A stretch of 64,000 nt of DNA from Eledone cirrhosa (lineage: Eukaryota): positions 292,330,001-292,394,000 of the forward strand of contig OZ024743.1 of the NCBI GenBank assembly GCA_964016885.1, read 5' to 3'. The notes under the pieces are model-generated. The model worked only from the letters and a program-made list of their open reading frames with translations, did not search any database and was not told the origin of the DNA. Made by a program: the position numbers and the translations under genes. Positions 53,001 to 64,000 of this stretch are shown in pieces; position 1 is the first letter of the stretch; each line of letters begins with the position of its first letter.

Positions 53001-55944
53001 GAGGACCCGGCTACTGGAAGTTAAACGCGTCCTTACCAGCGCGCAAGGCCTACAGAGACCGGATTAGCGAACTAGTTAAGCGGGCGTTGACGGGGGCCAT
53101 CGTGAACAACAAGTGGTGGTTTGCTCTGAAAAGAGCAATTAGAATAGAGTCCATTAGGTTTAGTAAGACTTTAGCAATAGAGAAAAATAGAGCAGAGGGA
53201 GAATTAGTTAGAAAATTAGATGAGGCGCTTAGCAAAGGCATCGCGACCGACGTACTTGCGGCGAAATTGGCCCTTGACCAATTCTTCAATGCAAAGCACG
53301 AAGGCTGCGTTGTCAGATCTAGGGTGCGTGCTCTCAGACACGAGGGGACGAAAGCCGTTCAATGGGCCCGAGTGGCGGAGGCGCGTCGTGGCAACAAAGC
53401 CACGATCCGGTCTTTGGTGGACCACGACGGGCGCATGCTACTCGATCCCGGGCAAATGTGTGAAGCTTTTCAGCGACACTTCGCTCAACTGTTCGGGGGC
53501 AGTGGCGGGCCGGATCGAGGGATGGACTTTAGTGTCTAACTCGACGGACTGCCGCGGCTTTCGGCCACTGAGGCGGAGTGTTGCGAAAAGCCGATAACAA
53601 CCGCTGAAGTACGGGATGCAATGACTAGTTGCACAAGGGGTAAATCGCCTGGTTTCGATGGTCTGCCCTATGAACTTTACGTACAAATGCCAAACTTGTT
53701 CGGAGGCCTCTTGGCGGACGTCTACTGCAACTGGCAATAGAACGGGAGAATTCCCAGCTCTGTGAGCGTAGGAGCGGTGGCGCTGCTGAGAAAGGATCCG
53801 AACAAGGGGGATAACATAGATAATTTTAGGCCCATAACTCTGCTAAACACAGAGTTCAAGATTTTGGCCAAGGTGCTAGCAAAGAGGTTGGCGCTTGTCG
53901 TTGGTGGTCTGGTGGGAGAGGCGCAGACATGCGCCATTCCCGACAGATCCATCCACTACAACCTCCAACTCATGCGATACATCTTAGAGAGGGTAGCTAG
54001 GGAACCTGGCACGGGTGGGTCTTTGATCAATTTAGATCAGTCGAAAGCCTTCGATAGGGTCGACCATCGTTACCTAGCGGCAGTCCTGAGGGCGGCTGGC
54101 TTTGGGCCCGTCTTCAGAGGCTGGATCGCTGCCATGCACAGCGACATCTGCTCTGTAGTGAGAGTGAATGGTCACCTTTCGGAACCGTTCAACATCATGC
54201 ACTCGGTCCGCCAAGGATGTCCCCTCTCGTCCCTCTTGTACGTATTGACTCTCGAGCCATTACTGCAGAAACTGGAGACGTTGAGGGGGTCCCGCGCGAA
54301 CTAGGATGCGGAAGATCCGTGTCAGCATATGCCGACGATGTCACCGTAGTGGTGTCGAACGCCAAACACATCGAGGCGATCGGCACTACACTAAGAGAAT
54401 ACGAAGCGGTGACAGGAGCAATGATCAACCAGGAAAAGTCAGTGGGCCTGCAGCTCGGCACCTGGAGAGGCAGGTCCATGCCGTCCAACAGCGTCGTCGG
54501 GCGCTGGACGGACGGACCGGTTAAATTGCTAGGGATCTGGTTCGGTCCAGACCTCCAGACGGACAAAAACTGGGACGAGGTGACGAGCAGGGTGGCTTCT
54601 CTCACCCAGAAATTGGCCGAGAGGAAGCTATCCCTGAAAGGTCGAGCGGAGGTGGCGAATGCATACATCGCATCCGTCATCTACTACCGCGTGACCGTCG
54701 TACCTTGTCCTAAGCCCCCCCCCCCCCCCTGACTGCGCTGGAGCGTTTGCTCTTTCGCTTCCTGTGGAAGGGACGCGCTCCGATGGTCAGGCGGTCCATC
54801 TGCTGTCAACACCCGCTACGTGGAGGGGTGGGCATGCCGTGGCTGATGATGCGCAGACACGCGCTCAGGCTACGACATCCCCACCTCTTCCTCGACGGTG
54901 ATCAGGTGTGGTCGCCGTTTGCAAGACACGTTTTTCCCCAGCTCGTCTCCTTGACGGAGCTGCAGTCCTGGGTCAAGCGAAGACCGAGAGGGAGCGCTTG
55001 GAGACTGGAATGTCTTCAGGCGCTCACAGCCCTCGACCAATCGGGCAATGTGATCGGTGGAAACTCCACCTTGGCGTTCTATAGGGGATTAGTGGAGGGG
55101 AAGAGCGACGACGTACTTGAAGAAACTCTAGGCGTCGACGAAAATCAACTAGCCAATCTCTTCGGAAGGACTTTCGGGCCGGGGCCTATGGACAACTTCC
55201 AGAAATCCCTGGCCTGGCAGTGCTACCGAGGAGCTTTGCCAGTTCGGGATAAACTCTACAGGCATGGAGGTGCCGTCAGCCGGGCATGTCCGAGATGCGC
55301 GCAGGGCGACGAAACCGTCCTGCACGCACTCGTCCAGTGTCCGAGCATTGCTGACTTGTGGGTTTATGTTGAACACCTGCTGTCACGTGTAGGACCTATC
55401 CAGCTATCAGCTGAGTCCATCGTGAGGATTGCCCCGCCCCCTTCCTTTAGCCTGGAAGGGCAGGCAGTTTTTATCTGTCTGGTGGCCATGGCGAAAGAGA
55501 TAGTATGGTGGACACGTTTGAAAGGGCTGAAGACGAGCACTTACCTCTTCGGTGATGCCCTGATTAACTTTTTCAAATTTCATTTGAAAAGGAAAATCAG
55601 GGTAGAGAGGGAAGTGCTCTCTTCCCAGCATTTTGTTGAAAGATGGGTGAGAGAAGCAAGTATGGCCCGAATGGATGGGCCTTCTCTGAGTATGTGTCTG
55701 TAAATTAAAGGTGGAAAACTGGGAGAGGGCACTTGCGCTGGTGGTCAGGGCCACTGTGGTCTTTTAATGGGCTTTCTCCACAAATGTCCCTTGGAAGTCG
55801 CCCCCCTATTGGGAATTTTTCTTTGTTATTTTATTTCAACCTCTGTTTTTTTACACGCAGAAATGCCCATTTGTACCGTCCTGTATTGTCCTGTACTGTC
55901 CTTAATGTCTACTTTATGTGAACCCTTGTGGTTAATAAAGAAAA

Positions 55945-55946
<2 letters not shown>
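50058..55946 (+). mobile_element. Tx1-clade LINE copy 3, full length (5' module type 2), disrupted ORFs
   Basis: ORF1 50268-52240 and ORF2 52275-55703, with stops and frameshifts. Same 5' start ggcgacctacgtag as copy 2. Confidence 0.92.
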
Positions 55947-55978
<32 letters not shown>

Positions 55979-55990
55979 GCTGTTGTTATT

Positions 55991-56211
55991 CCTTGAATCT
56001 CAGTCATTGATGTTGGTTAACTGGAAAGTCCGTTGGATTGAATATCAAGCCACTACCTGCAGCCTCAGATATTCAGGACGTATCGGAGGGTTCTTGCTGT
56101 TCCAAGCAAGCATGCCTTTTGAAGCGTTCCAAAAAGCGTGAAGGGGCCGATTTTCTTTAACCATCCCTGGAAACTTTTGGAGATAGTCCCCAGTGCGCCT
56201 ATGACAATCGG

Positions 56212-56212
<1 letters not shown>
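55991..56212 (-). mobile_element. Dong-A 3' stub
   Basis: Matches ~37629-37850, with (TTA)n on both sides. Confidence 0.9.
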
Positions 56213-56279
<67 letters not shown>

Positions 56280-56280
<1 letters not shown>

Positions 56281-58210
56281 GTTGCATTTATCTTGCTTTA
56301 TGTTCATACGAGTTATCACCAAGTCACAACCAGTGACCTCAAGAGACAACAAGGTCCGCCATGTTCAAGAAAGAACATACATACACACACATTGCATCTT
56401 TAGGTGTTTAGACTTGTCACGTATTTATATTGACAGAATCTTCCTTAGTATATGGGCAGTTCCCATTAGTACTATCTTTTATATTTCTCCTATACGCAGG
56501 TTTCCTGGGATTTGCGATAAGTAATCATTAGACCCCTTAGGTATTAGTCCTAGAGCGCCTACAACCACTGGTATTGTTTTAGTTCTCAATTTCCACATTT
56601 TTGCAATTTCTATCTCCAGGTCCTTATACTTACACAATTTTTCAAATGTTTTTATAGATACATTCTTGTCTAATTGGAACGGACATATCAATTAGCAGGC
56701 ATACCCTCTTTTTAAAGTCCTTCAGTATTATATCAGATCTATTTGCATCTAATTTTCGGACTGTTTGGATACTAAAGTTCCACAAGATTGAGATGTGATC
56801 TTTTTCAAGTATGGGAGGTGGTTGATGCTCCCACCAATTCTTTTGATGGGGCAGATCAAAATGCTTACACAATATCCAATGTATGTATTGTGCAGCTCTG
56901 TCATGCCTGTTTAGGTATTCGGTTGGCGCTATAGGACTGCACATTGAAATTATATGATCAATGGTCTCTGGTTGTTTTTTACATACACGGCATAATGTGT
57001 TGCATCCATTTTTTATTATGTTGGCTTGGTAATTTTTTGTTAGCAGACACTGATCTTGTGCTGATATAATCAGTCCTTCAATCTCCGATTTCAGTCCAAA
57101 CGATGCCAATCACTGATGGGTTAAAGTTTTGTCAACATCAGGATTTTTAGCTCTTTCTGGTTATTTTCCATACAGAGGCTTTTCTTGCCATTTCTTAGCC
57201 AGTTTCTGTAGCAGTTCTTTCTTTGCAGTTACTTTTACCTGCTTTGCTTTTTCTGTGTTTTCCATTTCAGCAGTAAATGGGACTTCTGAAATGTCTAGTC
57301 CATTACTGTATCTTTATGCATCTTTTGTAATAGAGTATGATCTTTTGATGCTTTCGTGTTTCAAAACGAGTTTGATCAGCCAATCATGTGATTCCCTTAG
57401 GTATGTAGATAATCCAATTGTTGCAGTTTTCAACGCGATATCTAACTGGATTAACCCACGTCCTCCTTCTTTCCTAGGGAGATATATTCTATCTGTATCT
57501 GCCTTAGAGTGATGCATTCTGTGCATGGTTAAGAATTTTCTAATTTTTGTATCGAGCCTACGGATCTCTCTGCTTGACCAATAGATGACATTGTAACTGT
57601 AGGTTACTACTGGTATGGCAAGCGTGTTTATGGCATCGATCCTATTCCTTGCATTCAATTCCGTTCTTAAGATTGCTCTTACTCTGCGGTAACATTCCTT
57701 CCTTATCCTTTCCCTCATTGTCAAGTGCTTGATTCCGTCTCCTTCACAAACACCTAGATATTTGTAAGTTTCCTCTTGATCAAGTTCTCTTATCACATTC
57801 CCCCGATCAAGATTAATGTCTGAACTTTTCAGCAGCTTTCCTCTGGTGAACGTTGCTTTGGCGCATTTATCTAGTCCAAATTCCATTTTAATGTCATCAC
57901 TGTGGATAATAGCCCTTGCAATTGTTCATCATTTTTTGCAAATAGTTTCAGGTCATCCATGTAGAACAAGTGATTAAGGTTTTGTCATAGACTTTATATC
58001 CATGTTTTGTTTCATTGAGCTTTTTACTTAATGGTATAAGTGCGATGCAGAATAAAAGCGGTGATAAAGAGTCACCCTGAAAAATTCCACAATTAATATT
58101 AACTTCTCCTGCTTCCAGTGATTTTTTTTCACTATTCAAAAGGAGTGCCAATTTCCATGTCTTCATACTGAATGACAGGAACCTGCTGACAACGGGTGAT
58201 ATTTTTCCAT
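56280..58210 (-). mobile_element. Dong-B copy 4, 5'-truncated, more decayed
   Basis: RT C-terminal half, CCHC and RLE fragments with several frameshifts. Confidence 0.9.
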
Positions 58211-58360
58211 TTCCTCTTCCTCCTCGTCCACCTCCTCCTTCTCCTCCTCCTCATTCTTCTTCTTCTTCTTCTTCTTCTTCTTCTTCTTCTTCTTCTTCTT
58301 CTTCTTCTTCTTCTTCTTCTTCTTCTTCTTCTTCTTCTTCTTCTTCTTCTTCGTCTTCTT
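58211..58360 (+). repeat. (CCT)n/(CTT)n tract, right boundary of the array
   Basis: Seen directly. It is the source of the poly-K/R/L ORFs. Confidence 0.95.
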
Positions 58361-58530
58361 TGCCCACTTATTCCTGAAATGGTCACGGAGGCAGAGTTTG
58401 AAACACGCCTTCGAGAGAGTCCTGTCAGAGACAGATGTCTCCAATTAATCCGGCTGTAAACCTAAGCGGGACCAGCCGAGCTCATTGATGTTATCCTATC
58501 ATCTTTGTCAGGGTCTTACCCGAGTTCTTT
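58361..58530 (-). mobile_element. Possible 3' end of an RTE-like LINE with a (GAA)n tail
   Basis: Minus strand GLQPD*LETSVSDRTLSK resembles the RTE terminal A.DR..W motif and runs into (GAA)n. Weak. Confidence 0.3.
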
Positions 58531-59339
58531 TATCGGTTGGTTTTTCATTTAAAATCTGTCTAACAATTCTTTCCTTAGACATTTGATTCAGTGCTCTAAT
58601 TTGCTGCCTTAAATGGAATATATTGAACTCGGCGGTATTTGAAATGAGAGCACAAACGACCAGAACAAGTACTTTTAGATGTTCTAATTCGCTACATTGA
58701 AAGGAATACGTTTCATTGAATAAGGATGTTTGCTTCTAGGTTGAGTCATGGCTAATATCATACATCATTGCTAAAAAATTAATATTGATTTATACGTGTA
58801 AAAATAGAGGCTAATTCAACTTTACCGTCATTTTCTCCCCACAATAAAAAAAAAATATTAAACAACTACTTTTGTTGTGGGTTTGATCAAATTAGAACTC
58901 TACATGCGCTTTGTTATTATTTCTTTCTAATTTTCCTGCCAAAATCTGTTTGATTTACCGTCATATTTGAACCCTCTGTAATACTATTAACTAGAAATTC
59001 TATTATCCTAAAATTCTATTATTCTAAATATTGACTGGAATTTTGACATTACACATGTTCTACTGGTTATTATATAGTTGTTTTTGTTGGTATTGATTAT
59101 CTAAACCCTGATTGGATAGGCTTATGATCAAAGGCATTCCAATAGTAAGTGTACCATTTATTACATTCTGTATCACAGTTAACATCATCAAATGATTTTG
59201 TTTTACTAAACGGTAGGAGGTTATTTGAGAATTATTTTGCTGCTAATTATAGCAAGTCGAGTGCCCATGTAAATGCTTTTTTGTTGTCTTACTCGCTCAA
59301 TATGAGTTTCGTTAGCCTAGAGTTTGCACCCAGCTCCTC

Positions 59340-59570
59340 TAAACGCCTAATATAAAGCCTGGTAAATAATCATAACACCTCAACACACGCGTATCCTCAT
59401 TCAAAAAACACATCGACAAATGTAGAGACATGAACCAACATATTACCGTTACCATTAAAGCCAATGATAGAAATGTGGGCAACTTAAAAATTAAGGAAGC
59501 CTTGCTCATACTTCGACTGAACCTGCAAATAAATAATAGATTAGAACTCAGCACACAGTACTTGACATAA
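59340..59570 (+). mobile_element. Penelope GIY-YIG C-terminal remnant
   Basis: A frame reads KHIDKCR...TIKANDRNVGNLKIKEALLILRLNLQINNR (EA..I....L.N pattern). Confidence 0.5.
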
Positions 59571-60794
59571 AAAAGACACACCCACATGCACACACACTAA
59601 ACATCTCATACAAAAAAGAAAATTGATTTCGCGAAATACTATATTGGCAATTGACGCCATTCAAGCGGACAGCGAAGTAACCATCGAAAAACACTTGAAA
59701 ACGACTCAAAAATGTTTAATCAAAATCAAAATTTTATCCCAAAGAGAGGAAATTAGAACGTTATCCACTGAAGGTTCCTTAAACCCTGATGAAGTGATTT
59801 TTAGTTCCCAAAATATTGGACAGATAAACGAACAACAACAAAACAAAGATTACCAGATAACTTTTAATTTTCGTTACCTCATCTTACAGTCCATTTTGCA
59901 TTATTTCGTCTTCTATCTCTGTCAACGTTATAACATATAATTGTTTCTATTTTAGGCACAAGGCCAGCAATTATTTAGTGCATTACTGGTACGTTATAAC
60001 ATATAATATTTTGCCACATTATATGAAGACAAACTGCTTCATAATCTAATTGTTTGCGGCTTCTGTTTCTTGTTTTGAAAGGGAAAGAACCAAATGATTC
60101 AATTTCTTGAATTTAATTTCGTTTATTTTAATTCTTTTAACTTTTAATAACTAAACACCGTCATATTAATAAAATTTTAATTTATCTAAATTTTATTAAA
60201 TGTATTTTTTTATATGAAACCAACAGTGATCGCTAATATCTAAATAAATAGCTATAAAACAACAGAAAAGAAATACTCGCACTATGTGACGGGGTCACAA
60301 CGACTAGCAACGAGACAGACGTAATTTGCTGCTTGAATGCATTGAATACACAGACTTCGAAACTCACCAGTGTAAAACACAAGACTTTCCAATACAATGG
60401 TTCGTACCGAAAAATTAAAGTAAGCCAATGATGGCAGAGATGTCGTCCAAATGTATAACTGTTTTCAATTAGGGTGACTGGATATTATAACCACCTTCGT
60501 ATGTGACATATTATATTGACACAGAAACGAGGTATAGCAGGTTCAAATCATAACTATATAAACGGCTTCGAAATTAATTTTCATATATATGGCCGAACAT
60601 TATTGGAATCACTACTATTTACAAGCCGAGCAATGAAAATATAAACACATATGAAGAACAATCTGTTAAACCCTTTGTTCACCAAAATAACATGACATTG
60701 CCACCGGTTGTTTGACAGACGGTTGGTCATATCTTCTAAGAGGAACTAATATGGGTACTTTTATCCTGATGAACGAGCATCTAGCTCTGTAACA

Positions 60795-60864
60795 CATACA
60801 CACACGCATGCATATATATATATATATATGTATGTATGTGTGTGTGTGTGTGTGTATGTGTGTG

Positions 60865-60938
<74 letters not shown>

Positions 60939-61300
60939 TGTGTATGTGTGCGTGTGTGTTTTGCATACACATATATATAGTCATAGATATATCTCTATAA
61001 ATATTTATAAATGTACGAATATATACATATATATTTCTAAATACATACACACATATGTATGACTGTATATACATATGTAAGTCTATATGTATGTATGTAA
61101 ATATGTATGTATGCATGTATGTATGCATATATGTATGTATCTATGTATGTATTATGTATGTATTATATATGTATGTATTATGTATGTATGTATGTATGTA
61201 TGTATGCATGTATGTATGTATGTCAGTATGTATGTATGTGTGAATATGCATGTATGTATATATTATGTATGCATGTATGTAGAGAAGTACACATACACAC
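60795..61300. repeat. (TG)n and (TATG)n microsatellites
   Basis: Seen directly. Confidence 0.95.
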
Positions 61301-61903
61301 AGCCAAATATCCTTAAAAGGCACGAACACGTACACGAGCATCCACGAAATCATGCTCTGGGGACACTACAGACAGCATGGTGCCGTGCTGAAGCAGCAAG
61401 CACAGAGAACCATATATGTACTCATTGATTTAAATAACTGATTTAGTTATTATTACCGCTTCAATACTTATTGTTATCAGTCTCGTCTGACCATGCTGAC
61501 TCATAGATTGGCGTCTGCTGTATAAGGATTGACCAACAATAAAAATGGCCGTCTCCAACGAATTATCATTTTCGTGTTGATGAAAGGAATACCGGCATAC
61601 ATCATTATTGCTACCATTATATCAGTTACACGAGACAGAAACTAATATACGATTGAATATTTCCATATGTATATCCTATCTATTCATCTATCTGTTTGTC
61701 TATCGATATACATATACACAAGCACACACACAAATACACACATACACATACAAATACACACACACATAAAAACTTACAGACACACATATATATGTATATA
61801 AGCATATATATCTATCGGTATAAATACACACACACATATATATATATATAAATATATATATGTGTGTGTGTATTTATACCGATAGATATATATGCTTATA
61901 TAC

Positions 61904-61937
<34 letters not shown>

Positions 61938-61951
61938 ATTTATACCGATAG

Positions 61952-63530
61952 ATATCGTCCTAGTTGTAGATTAATTAACCCTGCTAAGACTGATATTGGT
62001 CTTGCCAGCAAAAAAATTTTAAATAATATAAATACACACGTTAGAAGTAAATCTAAATTACTCCAATGGATAAATAGCTCTTCCGTAGTACATTGGTTTA
62101 ATAATATTAAAAACAAAAATAGTCCTAGATTCACCCAATTTGACACTGTAGATTTCTACCCATCTATCACTCAGACCCTTTTAGCGAAAGCTTTAAATTT
62201 CGCTAGAAGGTTTACTAATATCTCCGATATTGAAGAGAATGTCATCTTGCACGCTAGAAACACTCTACTCTTTACTGATAATGACACTTGGGTAAAAATA
62301 TCTAACCCAGAGAGCCCATTCGATGTCTCAATGGGCTCTTATGACAGTGCTGATGTTTGTGATTTGGTCGGCCTATTCCTCCTACATACACTTAAAGAAA
62401 GAATTCCTAACCATATTTTTGGGCTTTATCGCGACGATGGTCTAATACTTTCCCATACCACCATAGGCCATAACTTAGATAGATTAAGGAAAGACTTAAT
62501 AAAAACCTTCGCTAGTTTTAATCTTAAAATTACTATTGACACTAACCTTTCCAATGTAGATTTCCTAGATATAAACCTAAATTTGCCTACTGCCTCTTAT
62601 AAACCATACCATAAACCTAATGAAAACTTAAAATATATAAATAAAGGCTCTTGCCATCCTCCTATAGTTTTTAAAAACCCTATCCCTAATATTAGCCGTA
62701 GGATCTCCACCCTCTCTTCCTCAGAAGCTATTTTTAATAAGGCATCCACCTACTATAATAAAGCCTTCCAAAATAGCGGTTTTAGCGAACCGATTAAATA
62801 CATACCCAACTATACTAACTCTATTAAACATAAAAGCAGGAAAAGAAAAGTAATCTGGTTCACACCCCCCTACTCTCTAGCAGTTAAAACTAATGTAGGC
62901 AAAAAATTCCTAGAGCTCCTAGATAAACATTTCCCTAGAACACATAGATACTATAAGATCTTTAACAGAAACTGTGTCATAATTAGCTATTCCTGCGGTC
63001 CCCCTATTAAGTCCTATATCATCAACAAAAAATCACCCAGAGAAAATCAAAATTGCTCCTGTAGAATCAAAAGTAAATGCCCATTACAAGGTAAATGCAA
63101 CACCAAAGCCATTGTATATGCGGCTAAAGTGACAACCATCAGCAACAACCATCCAGCCACCAGTGAACGATATGTGGGTATGACGCAAGACAAATTCAAA
63201 ACGCGTTATTACTCACATGTCGCATCCTTTCCACATCCAGAAAAAAAGATTTACAACAGCTCTGGCTAGCAGAATTTGGGATTTGAAAGACCAAGGCATC
63301 CAATATAAATTGGATTGGTCAATTTTGAACCAAACTAAAGAATATACAAGAGGAACAAGAAAATGCACGCTCTGCATAAGTGAAAAATATTGGATCTTGC
63401 AGGCATAATCTTAAATCACCAAAGACCTGCCCGAACACAAAGACGGAAATTTTCACCAATTGCCCACACATAAAATCACACCTGCTTTCCAGCTCATATA
63501 AACTTAACACATTTTCAGATACTTATCCTC
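61952..63530 (+). mobile_element. 5'-truncated Penelope-like element (RT + GIY-YIG), Naiad-like
   Basis: RLINPAK, FDTVDFYPSI, MGSYDSADVCDLVG, YRDD; Cys linker CSCRIKSKCPLQGKC; AIVY...YVGMT..F..R; frameshift at the A-run near 63240, continuing to CTLCISEK. The Naiad assignment is from motif memory only. Confidence 0.85.
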
Positions 63531-64000
63531 CATAAACTCTTATTATTCTCTTTATAACTACCCTTTCTGATTTACTTTCATTTTTATCCTTATTATTAAT
63601 TTCATTTTTATTTTTATTTTTTATTTTATATATTTTTTTAATTTTTACATCACATCCACCAATACCCCCCTCCTTTATTCTCCGATTCACTTACATAATA
63701 TCTTCACTTTCCACTGTTTACTTCCCTATTTTCTTCACTAACTGATTACAATAGTCACTTGCGTTTTCCACTCCAGATATTTTTTATTTTTATTTTTTAT
63801 TTTTTTGCAGCCTATCTTATAATTTTATATTTGTACTTACTTTTTTATACCCCGTATCTATGTGTCTGAACGCCTTAATGTGTGTACACTTTCTATATAT
63901 GTATACGAGCGCCTAAGTATGTGCGCGCGCGTGCGTGTATATATATATATATGTATGTGTATGTGTATGTGTCTTTATATCCGTGTTTTTACATCTGTGT

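Noticed and set aside
58132-58459. Poly-R/K/L proteins
   Set aside because: They are translations of the (CTT)n tract.

Overview
Eukaryotic, AT-rich, microsatellite-dense DNA. The SINE and repeat content suggests a cephalopod (octopus-like) genome, but this is inference. No host gene is recognisable. The dominant structure is a ~38 kb end-to-end array (20.4-58.3 kb) of about 17 non-LTR retrotransposon pieces separated by 14 (TTA)n tracts. Every Tx1/L1-clade (APE endonuclease) copy that has a 3' end is on +. Every R4/Dong-clade (restriction-like endonuclease) copy, from two families (Dong-A, Dong-B), is on -. One Dong-A copy has an intact 1130-aa ORF. The Tx1 family shows swapped 5'UTR/ORF1 modules on a near-identical ORF2. 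All three long Tx1 copies also carry a 52-53 nt GTAAGT...CAG segment whose removal would fuse ORF1 to ORF2 in frame. Four tandem Dong-A fragments record an unequal crossover. The flanks hold Penelope-like elements and remnants with palindromes and type I hammerhead ribozymes, tRNA-derived SINEs, CRE and CR1 fragments and a Helitron-like element. Most short ORFs in the track are microsatellite or antisense artefacts.
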